Made by a program: the position numbers and the translations under genes | IMG/VR virus record: IMGVR_UViG_3300030419_004440 | Span: 24,939-88,938 of that record | Source: a virus | Strand: one strand, 5' to 3' | DNA length: 64,000 nt | The notes under the pieces: generated by a model | The model's input: only the letters and a program-made list of their open reading frames with translations | The model's database searches: none | Told to the model about the DNA's origin: nothing | Part shown: one piece after another, positions 39,588 to 46,714 of the stretch | Layout of the letters: the number at the start of each line of letters is the position of its first letter | Position numbering within the stretch: the stretch's first letter is position 1

Positions 39588-40254
39588 ATAGTTTTCCATC
39601 TGCGAAAGCTTTTTCAAATTTCATGTTGCGATAAACTGCCCGTCTGGACTTTTGTAGTTTGATAAAGATATTTGCCGTATCCTTTACGTCTTGCAACGCG
39701 TCGTGTGCGTTTTCTGAAGACAGACCCATACGCTCTCTTAATGAGTCCATACTAATTGATTTAACGGCTGGGTCGCCTTCTGTCCAAAGCCATACGTCGT
39801 CCATAACATCAATTTTATATATCTGGTGGAACAGCTTCTGGCATTGGCGTTTATCGTCCCAAGGGCCGTATTCGTTGCATAGACGGTTGACGATATGCAT
39901 ATCGTACCCTATGATATTAAAGCCTGCTGGGATGGGTGCGAAATAAGGTGTTCCCTTCCAGTTGTATTTGTTAACAAAAGTACAGAATTTTTTCCAAACA
40001 CCTTTTGGCAACGGTGCTTTGGCAAGCTTCGATCTCGTTTGACCAGTCACCTTTAAGGCCCCCTCCTCAATTGGATCGACACCCGCTGCGATTGCTTTAT
40101 CATCGTCTAGGATTGGACGCATCATACTATTGAACTCCCCTTTTAGCTTGAAGTTTCTTCCGTCTAGTGCTATCGCTGCAATCTGTGTCGGCTGACACCT
40201 CATGGGATTTCTGCCGCCTGTTTCAAAGTCAAATACTATGATATCACGATTCAT
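39580..40254 (-). CDS. dnaQ: DEDDh 3'-5' exonuclease (DnaQ/epsilon-like)
   Basis: ExoI DFETGG, ExoII GFNIIGYD, ExoIII HDALQD. Confidence 0.88.
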   Translation of the reverse strand: MNRDIIVFDFETGGRNPMRCQPTQIAAIALDGRNFKLKGEFNSMMRPILDDDKAIAAGVDPIEEGALKVTGQTRSKLAKAPLPKGVWKKFCTFVNKYNWKGTPYFAPIPAGFNIIGYDMHIVNRLCNEYGPWDDKRQCQKLFHQIYKIDVMDDVWLWTEGDPAVKSISMDSLRERMGLSSENAHDALQDVKDTANIFIKLQKSRRAVYRNMKFEKAFADGKLYV

Positions 40255-41873
40255 ACTAACTCCTTAATCATCATTAGTTTATCTAAAAGATTAATGCCTA
40301 AAACATCAAACTTCACATGTCCGAGAGCCTCTAGGTCGGCCATTTCAAGGCCAGCGATTTTTTCTGTTCCGCTTTTAGGGTTAACCATGGGGCAAACTTT
40401 GTACAATTCGTCCGCTGAAATAACTACCCCAGCAGCGTGCTTTCCTTGGGTTTTAAATGTTCCCTCTATATTAATGGCCTGCTTAAAAAATTCCGCATAG
40501 TCACCGTCCAGTTCACCATTGTCATTTATAAAACAATAGTCCCTGAGTTCATCCGCATTATTAATAAGAGACCATCTAATAATTGATCTATCTTCCTCGT
40601 CCATCTCTGCGAGCTGGTCAGATATTGAAGCTTCGTCTGGTATTGATTTGGTAATCTCGTTCATCTCACTAAATCCGCAGGCACCACTCACACGCAAAAC
40701 CTCTTTTAAGGCACTTCTACCCTGTAGCCTTCCGAAGGTTATCATCTGGCTAACATTATTGTTTCCGTATTTATCTTTGAGGTAAGTAATTATTTCGTCA
40801 CGTTTCCCACCCGGAACATCTAGATCAATATCTGGAAGAGATATGTGGTCCTCTGTATTTCTACCGGCATTGTAAAATCTTTCAAAGAGAAGGTCATATT
40901 CAATAGGGTCAATTTGGGTAATTCCGATAAGATATGATATCAGGCACCCAGCCGCAGACCCTCTACCCGGACCCACCATCCACCCTTGTGCGGTGGCATA
41001 TTTTATGATGTCTCTTACAATCAAGAAATATCCAAAGAGTTTGGCCTCTTCAATAACTTTAAACTCTTCCTCGAACCTTTCTCCATAGACCTTTTTCTCT
41101 TCTTGCTTTGTAATTTTGTCTGCAAGAAGTTTTCTCCACCCGTCTCTGGCTAATTCTCTAAGGTAGTTCTTTTGGGAATCTCCGTTAGGTGTTTCAAACC
41201 TCGGAAGTATAGGCTGGCTCAATATGTTGTAGCATTCGCACTTATCGTATATTTCCTTAAAAAGATGAAGTTTGTTGTCGTTGATTATGACTTCACCAAT
41301 TTCGGTTTTATTTTTTAGGTAAAAGTCGTTGGATTCAAAAAACACATGGTTGCTGACATCTTCCCCGTTTTTTATAGATTTGCTGAGTTTTGGCAATGTC
41401 GTTTTCATGCTCGAACACAAAATAATTCTGTGCAGCTCTGCGTCTTCTTTGTTTGTGTAGTAAGTGTCCATGAAAGCTTCGCTTTTTTCATAGAAGTCTT
41501 TCCCCTTGATTGGAGACTGGGATTCACTTGACGCAACTGAAATTAAATTACCAGACTTGGTTATGGCAAGCAATGTATTGGAATCTAAATTTCCGTCGCT
41601 GTCTATAGAAGAGACAAGCTCGATTAGATTAAGCCAGCCATCTTTGTTTTTAGCAAACAGAGAAAATTCGTCAAAAGAGCAGCCAATAATAGGCTTGATA
41701 TTGTTTGCCACACAAGCTTGATAAAAAGAAACGGCACCGGAGATTGACTTATAGTCCGCTATACCGCAAGCTGGGTAAAAATTTTCTGAGCATTTTTTGG
41801 CGAGCTGTTTTGGCTTAGAGAAGCCACGCTGTAATGAGTAATGTGTATAGTTGCAGATTGGGAACCAGTCCAT
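40251..41873 (-). CDS. dnaE: DNA polymerase III alpha, N-terminal half (degenerate PHP, palm, thumb)
   Basis: THYSL, GPGRGSAAG, LLFERF, PDIDLD, GKHAAGVV, KFDVLG. Confidence 0.93.
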   Translation of the reverse strand: MDWFPICNYTHYSLQRGFSKPKQLAKKCSENFYPACGIADYKSISGAVSFYQACVANNIKPIIGCSFDEFSLFAKNKDGWLNLIELVSSIDSDGNLDSNTLLAITKSGNLISVASSESQSPIKGKDFYEKSEAFMDTYYTNKEDAELHRIILCSSMKTTLPKLSKSIKNGEDVSNHVFFESNDFYLKNKTEIGEVIINDNKLHLFKEIYDKCECYNILSQPILPRFETPNGDSQKNYLRELARDGWRKLLADKITKQEEKKVYGERFEEEFKVIEEAKLFGYFLIVRDIIKYATAQGWMVGPGRGSAAGCLISYLIGITQIDPIEYDLLFERFYNAGRNTEDHISLPDIDLDVPGGKRDEIITYLKDKYGNNNVSQMITFGRLQGRSALKEVLRVSGACGFSEMNEITKSIPDEASISDQLAEMDEEDRSIIRWSLINNADELRDYCFINDNGELDGDYAEFFKQAINIEGTFKTQGKHAAGVVISADELYKVCPMVNPKSGTEKIAGLEMADLEALGHVKFDVLGINLLDKLMMIKELV

Positions 41874-41957
41874 TTTCTATCCTTGTTCAACGCAATTAAA
41901 TTCAATGTTTAGGGGTTTTTATATGAGAACCCCTTAACTCAAATGTTTGTGTACTAT

Positions 41958-41985
41958 ATTATAGTCTAAATACTGTTAAAGCCAA
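41958..41985 (-). promoter_or_regulatory. Sigma70-like promoter TTGGCT-N16-TATAAT upstream of dnaE-N
   Basis: Perfect -10 box on the - strand at 41958-41963 in the intergenic gap. Confidence 0.5.
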
Positions 41986-41993
41986 AGGGAAAT

Positions 41994-42662
41994 CTAGAAA
42001 TTTTTAAGCTCTGGGAACAGATCGTATCTAATATTTTCCCACACAGCAGCAGAAATTATCATAGAAGCCTCGTTATCAGAAGGATAATGCACGCCTTGAA
42101 GCATCCTAGCCATACCCGCAGCCGACACCTTAGAAAAAAACTCAGACGAATAATCTGGGTATTTCGCTGAGAGAATATAGGCACCAAGTGCGGCATACGC
42201 CGTATGACCAGAGGGGTAGGCTGGCGTGTGATGAGTACTGGTCTCAGTAACCCTTATTTTAATATCATATATAGGTGCCAACTGGTAAGGTCTAGGTCTA
42301 TTAAATTTATATTTCAAATTTTTAATAACCGGAGATATTATGTCCCAAGCCTTGCCAAACATTTTATAGGGAAACTCCAACCCGTGCTTCTTCAAAATTT
42401 TGTGGTAAAGAAGGTTTGGGTTGGCGTCTACTAGTTTAATTAGGTCTAGCTCAGAGCTGCTTAGATTGCTTGTTAGCTCAGATATGTAGGCTAACTCCTT
42501 TTTGGTGGTCTCGCTACTATTATCTGGAGGGTCAGCGAGAACTTCTTTCCAGCCTATGGTAACGCTTTCGGGTACTCTGAATTCCCTTTTCTCATCGCTA
42601 TATTTAAAGCTGTCTATTTTATCTAGGACAACCTTGTCTAGTTCTTCTATATATTTAGTCAT
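41994..42662 (-). CDS. PAP2/acid phosphatase-haloperoxidase family protein
   Basis: KxxxxRxRP (KYKFNRPRP), YPSGH, RMLQGVHYPSD. Confidence 0.88.
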   Translation of the reverse strand: MTKYIEELDKVVLDKIDSFKYSDEKREFRVPESVTIGWKEVLADPPDNSSETTKKELAYISELTSNLSSSELDLIKLVDANPNLLYHKILKKHGLEFPYKMFGKAWDIISPVIKNLKYKFNRPRPYQLAPIYDIKIRVTETSTHHTPAYPSGHTAYAALGAYILSAKYPDYSSEFFSKVSAAGMARMLQGVHYPSDNEASMIISAAVWENIRYDLFPELKNF

Positions 42663-42957
42663 TGTCTACCAACGCGGGGTTTTGGATTGTTTTTGTTCTG
42701 TCATTCATTTGTTCACATATGGGACACATGGGTTGCTCTCCCGGCTTGTGAAGTCCAATCTGATGATGTGTCATCAGGATGCCTTCCATCATTTTCGTAT
42801 CTCGCATCATTGTTTGTTCCTGTAGAATTTTTATTTCTGGGTGTGGGGCAACAATAACGTTGGGTTTTTTTAGTTCATTAAACATATAAGCACTAAAGCC
42901 CAAGTTACACATACTAAGGGCGAACAGTACATATACTGCACATTTAAAAAATTTCAT
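42655..42957 (-). CDS. Membrane-anchored small protein with a His/Cys motif
   Basis: N-terminal hydrophobic helix; HHQIGLH...CPIC. Confidence 0.55.
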   Translation of the reverse strand: MKFFKCAVYVLFALSMCNLGFSAYMFNELKKPNVIVAPHPEIKILQEQTMMRDTKMMEGILMTHHQIGLHKPGEQPMCPICEQMNDRTKTIQNPALVDND

Positions 42958-42968
42958 CTTGACACCTG

Positions 42969-44183
42969 TTAGGAAAATAGTTCGGAAATTACTTTTCCTG
43001 AATTAGCTATTTTCATAGGTCGTCCGCTATTACTTGAGAAAGTAGTGCTTAACGAAATGCCGAGTGCCTTACAAATCGAGGCCATGACATCTTGGGAGGA
43101 ATAAGGTTCTGTCTCCACTCTGGTGCCATCTTCGTTTGTTGCACCAACGGCGATACCGCCATTCATACCAGCACCACCAACGACAACGCTCCAACTTCGT
43201 GCCCAGTGGTCACGACCGGCGTTTTGGTTGATACGTGGAGTTCGACTAAATTCACCCATCCATATGATAGCTGTGTCCTCCAATAACCCTCTTTGCTCTA
43301 AGTCCTCTACTAACGCACTCATACCTTGATCTAGCATGGGTAACTTTGTATCTCTTAAGGTTGGGAAGATGTTCTGGTGATTGTCCCAGCCCCCTAGTCC
43401 AACTTCTATAAACGGAACACCGACCTCTACTAAACGTCTAGCCATTAGGCACCCCTTACCAAAGCTGTTGTCTCCGTATCTTTCTCTTACATCTTCTGGT
43501 TCGTTTGCTACCTTCATCGCGTCCATCTCTTTACTAGTAAGAACGTTGAAGGTCTTTCTCAATACTTTTTGGTGTTCTTTGGCCAGCGATCCCCTATTAC
43601 TGTTTATAAAATTGGTTTCCATCATATCTAGAACATGTGCCCTTTGATAAAATCTTTGATCTATTTTCATATCTAGATTTCTAATTCTACCGTCGCTATT
43701 GACAGAGAAGGGGTTGTATTGAGCACCTAAAAATCCAGCACCTTGGCTGGGTCCGTTTACGGATACAAATTGTGGAATTAAAAGATCTTGTTTTTCTAGC
43801 TGCTTAGAAATAACCGAGCCATAGCTTGGATGAACCATGCTTGGATTAGGTACATATCCGGTGTGCATATAGTAGCGTCCACGCATATGGTCTGCTTCAC
43901 GGGTGCTCATGCTGCGAATGATTGCCATGTTGTGCATTTGCTTTGCCATTAGTGGCATATGTTCGCAAATCTCTACGTCGCCAGTAGTGCTTATAGGCTT
44001 AAATGGACCTCCGGTTGGGGCGTCTGGTTTTAAATCCCAGATATCCATAGTAGAAGGGCCACCTCCCATCCATAAGAGAATGGCCGACTTCCCATTTTTC
44101 TTTAGCTCTTGTTGGTTGGCTTTTAGCGTTTGCGTCAAAGCAGCAATTCCAGCTAGTGATGATAAAAACTCTCTCCTTTTCAT
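42969..44183 (-). CDS. DUF1501 family protein with Tat signal (paralog A)
   Basis: MKRREFL Tat motif; GGGPSTMDIWDLKP, GGWDNH, GEFSRTP, GRDHW. Confidence 0.9.
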   Translation of the reverse strand: MKRREFLSSLAGIAALTQTLKANQQELKKNGKSAILLWMGGGPSTMDIWDLKPDAPTGGPFKPISTTGDVEICEHMPLMAKQMHNMAIIRSMSTREADHMRGRYYMHTGYVPNPSMVHPSYGSVISKQLEKQDLLIPQFVSVNGPSQGAGFLGAQYNPFSVNSDGRIRNLDMKIDQRFYQRAHVLDMMETNFINSNRGSLAKEHQKVLRKTFNVLTSKEMDAMKVANEPEDVRERYGDNSFGKGCLMARRLVEVGVPFIEVGLGGWDNHQNIFPTLRDTKLPMLDQGMSALVEDLEQRGLLEDTAIIWMGEFSRTPRINQNAGRDHWARSWSVVVGGAGMNGGIAVGATNEDGTRVETEPYSSQDVMASICKALGISLSTTFSSNSGRPMKIANSGKVISELFS

Positions 44184-44485
44184 TCTTCTGTAGCCTTTCC
44201 TATGTAATTTAGGAATACCCCGTCTTTTTTGTAGACACCTTTTCTCCTGTATGTAAATATCTCGCCGGTTTTAGGGTTTTCATACCTGTACCCGCCCTGC
44301 TCTTTTTCCCAAGATAGTTGCAGGTCAGCAGACTCCACATAACTTAATCCTTCAGATGCTTTGCTCATACAGACAGCAGTTCTTTGCTTCTGATCTGGAT
44401 ATTCAGACTTCATTTTATCGCTGCTCATGCAGCGAGACATAAAGTCCTTTGGGTTTTCATTCTTATCCTTAGATGGTAAAGGCAT
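44180..44485 (-). CDS. Conserved phage hypothetical protein
   Basis: MPLP...FMSRCM...YPDQKQRTAVC pattern; AGGAG RBS. Confidence 0.55.
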   Translation of the reverse strand: MPLPSKDKNENPKDFMSRCMSSDKMKSEYPDQKQRTAVCMSKASEGLSYVESADLQLSWEKEQGGYRYENPKTGEIFTYRRKGVYKKDGVFLNYIGKATEE

Positions 44486-44494
44486 TGCTTCTCC

Positions 44495-44887
44495 TTAAAA
44501 TCTGAAGTGAAAAAAGAATCCGCTAAACGGCGTGGGGTATACGGGTACAGGTTGGGGTTGAACAATAACCGGAGGTCCGTAATAATTATAGATCATTGGC
44601 GATCTATACACCCTGTAATAATATGGATGTATGTAATATTGATTGCCAATAATTATTCTATTTTGCCTATGGTTGGGCTGGACCTGCGGCTGTTGCATTT
44701 GTGGCTTTTGCCAATCCTGCTTACCCGGAATCTGAGGTCTTTGCGGAACGCGTTTCTGTCCAGCTAAATTAACCGGAGGTTTAATAACTTTTCTTTGCTG
44801 TGCCACTTGTGCCTGTGCATCACAGGGCTGTGCTAAAACAGCCCCGCAAAGCACTACACAAAAGACTAATGATAAAATTGATTTCAT
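44495..44887 (-). CDS. Secreted low-complexity Gln/Pro/Tyr-rich protein
   Basis: Sec signal MKSILSLVFCVVLCGAVLA; YYGPPVIVQPQPVPVY..FFFHFRF tail. Confidence 0.65.
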   Translation of the reverse strand: MKSILSLVFCVVLCGAVLAQPCDAQAQVAQQRKVIKPPVNLAGQKRVPQRPQIPGKQDWQKPQMQQPQVQPNHRQNRIIIGNQYYIHPYYYRVYRSPMIYNYYGPPVIVQPQPVPVYPTPFSGFFFHFRF

Positions 44888-45270
44888 CGTCTTGGTCCTC
44901 TATGCTCAGGTTTTTTACACTGAGGACATGCTCCGCCTCTTTTAGGATGCATGTGTGGCCCCCTTCTGTGATGAGGATGCTTTCCTCGTGGGTCATGATT
45001 AGGTCTACCTTCTGGCCTACCTTCTGGTCTACCTTGAGGTCTACCTTGAGGTCTACCTTGAGGGGGTCGTTTTGAATCAGCCCACGGCGGTTTGCCTTCG
45101 GGTCTGCGGCGTGAAGATCCACCATAACGACACCCTCTGCATCGTTCTGGCTTGCAGCATTTGCAACCGCAATCGTGTTGAGGTTTTCTCTTATCGGGAC
45201 CGTCTGCAAGCAAAGATGCGGGAGCCGCCAAACATGAGCCTAACATAAATAATACACTTCTTCTATTCAT
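44884..45270 (-). CDS. Tat-signal Cys/His/Arg-rich small protein with GRP(Q/E) repeats
   Basis: MNRRSVLF..ASLLA signal; CGCKCC, CRGC, CPQC; His cluster. Confidence 0.65.
   Translation of the reverse strand: MNRRSVLFMLGSCLAAPASLLADGPDKRKPQHDCGCKCCKPERCRGCRYGGSSRRRPEGKPPWADSKRPPQGRPQGRPQGRPEGRPEGRPNHDPRGKHPHHRRGPHMHPKRGGACPQCKKPEHRGPRR
45002..45063. repeat. 12-bp tandem repeat, about 5 copies (GGTCTACCTTGA/TCT), encoding GRPQ/GRPE
   Basis: Directly visible in the sequence. Confidence 0.9.
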
Positions 45271-45285
45271 AATATTTCCCTTTCG

Positions 45286-46542
45286 TTAAATAATTAAATC
45301 TTGAATGACTTGTCCACCGTCAACAATTTCAATTGGACGATCACCGGGAGCCATTAGCTCTTTATCAGCAACAATACCCAATCTGTTATAGATGGTAGCT
45401 GCCCAGTCCTCTATGCTGACTGGGTTTTGGTCGGGGTCACTAGCGGTTGCGTTGGACGTACCGTAGGTAATACCCCTTTTGATCCCACCGCCAGCCATAA
45501 CAGTACTAAATACCTTTGGCCAGTGGTCTCTTCCTGCGTTAGCGTTGATTTTTGGAGTTCTGCCAAACTCTGAGACGACGCAAACCAATGTGGAATCTAA
45601 TAATCCGCGATCATCCAAGTCTTCGATAAGGGTTGCAAAGCCTTGATCAAAAGCCGGTAGCTGACTTTTCATGCCATTAGATATGTTATCGTGCATATCC
45701 CAGCCGCCGTAGGTGAGTGTTACGAATCTTGTTCCAAACTCTACTAGTCTGCGGGCCAGCAGCATTCTAGCTCCCGCAGTATTTCTTCCATACCTGTCTC
45801 TTAAGGCCGCTGGTTCTTTTTCTATATCAAATGCTTCTCTTGCATTTTGATCTCCTATGAGACTATACGCCCTCTGATAAAAAGAGTTCATAGCGACTAA
45901 AGAATCTGCATCTTCTTTCTTGTTAAATTCAGTGTTCACTATATCTAGAACACGTTGCCTTCTGCTAAATCTTGCGTCTGGAACTGGAACCTTTAAGTCT
46001 CTGACTTCAAAATTTTCGCTAGCGGGGTCGGAGCCTAGTCCGAACCCAGAATATGAACTGCTTAGATATCCAGTACCTGCAAATTCATTAGGCTGGTTTG
46101 GGATGCAGACATACGGAGGAAGGTTTTTACGCGGTCCGAACTCATGTGCAACCACTGAACCCATAGATGGGTATTGAAGGGCTGGGCTAGGTCTATAGCC
46201 AGTAAACATATTGTGTGTACCACGCTCATGGGCTGCTTCTCCGTGTGTCATGCTACGGATAATAGCAATCTTGTCTGTTATCTTCGCAGTTTTACCTAGT
46301 AGCTCTCCAAGACGAATGCCCGGAACATTGGTTTCAATACTACCAAGTGGCCCACGATATTCTAAAGGGGCGAATGGCTTAGGATCAAATGTTTCCTGAT
46401 GAGCCATTCCCCCCGGAAGGTAAATGAAAATAATGCTCTTAGCTGGCCCCTCCTTGCTATCATAATGTTTTTGATCTGCTCTAGCAAGAGACACACCAAG
46501 ACTACCTAAGATTCCAGCTTGTAAAAAAGACCTTCTTTTCAT
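45286..46542 (-). CDS. DUF1501 family protein with Tat signal (paralog B)
   Basis: MKRRSFL start at 46542 with AAGGA RBS; GGMAHQETFDPKP, GGWDMH, SEFGRTP, GRDHWP. Confidence 0.9.
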   Translation of the reverse strand: MKRRSFLQAGILGSLGVSLARADQKHYDSKEGPAKSIIFIYLPGGMAHQETFDPKPFAPLEYRGPLGSIETNVPGIRLGELLGKTAKITDKIAIIRSMTHGEAAHERGTHNMFTGYRPSPALQYPSMGSVVAHEFGPRKNLPPYVCIPNQPNEFAGTGYLSSSYSGFGLGSDPASENFEVRDLKVPVPDARFSRRQRVLDIVNTEFNKKEDADSLVAMNSFYQRAYSLIGDQNAREAFDIEKEPAALRDRYGRNTAGARMLLARRLVEFGTRFVTLTYGGWDMHDNISNGMKSQLPAFDQGFATLIEDLDDRGLLDSTLVCVVSEFGRTPKINANAGRDHWPKVFSTVMAGGGIKRGITYGTSNATASDPDQNPVSIEDWAATIYNRLGIVADKELMAPGDRPIEIVDGGQVIQDLII

Positions 46543-46556
46543 TATTTGTTCCTTGT

Positions 46557-46697
46557 TTAGAATAAAAATCTCGACCACCACCCTTGGGATGCCCCCAAGA
46601 AGTAGAGTCCCACTAAAATACCTCCAACTAAGGCGGTTCGTCTAACCAGCCTATTTTCTCTCACAAAATTAGCAATCGGACCATTAAATAATGGCAT
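46557..46697 (-). CDS. 46-aa single-TM membrane protein, missing from the ORF track
   Basis: GGAGG RBS; translates as MPLFNGPIANFVRENRLVRRTALVGGILVGLYFLGASQGWWSRFLF; fills the gap between two DUF1501 genes. Confidence 0.7.
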   Translation of the reverse strand: MPLFNGPIANFVRENRLVRRTALVGGILVGLYFLGASQGWWSRFLF

Positions 46698-46714
46698 AGT
46701 TACCTCCATTAAAA

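Noticed and set aside
39580-40254. Intein or group I intron interrupting dnaE
   Set aside because: The insert is a complete DEDDh exonuclease with its own start and stop. There are no splice-junction residues, no LAGLIDADG/HNH motif and no non-coding intron sequence.
41909-41937. Intrinsic terminator before dnaE
   Set aside because: The hairpin lacks a U-tract on either strand; kept only as a possible leader structure
45002-45063. CRISPR-like or regulatory repeat
   Set aside because: 12-bp head-to-tail units with no spacers, in frame inside a coding sequence
44800-45209. Alternative ORFs 44820-45209 (-) and 44800-45075 (+)
   Set aside because: Frames kept open partly by the tandem repeat. 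The 44884-45270 frame has the RBS, Tat signal and ATGA coupling.
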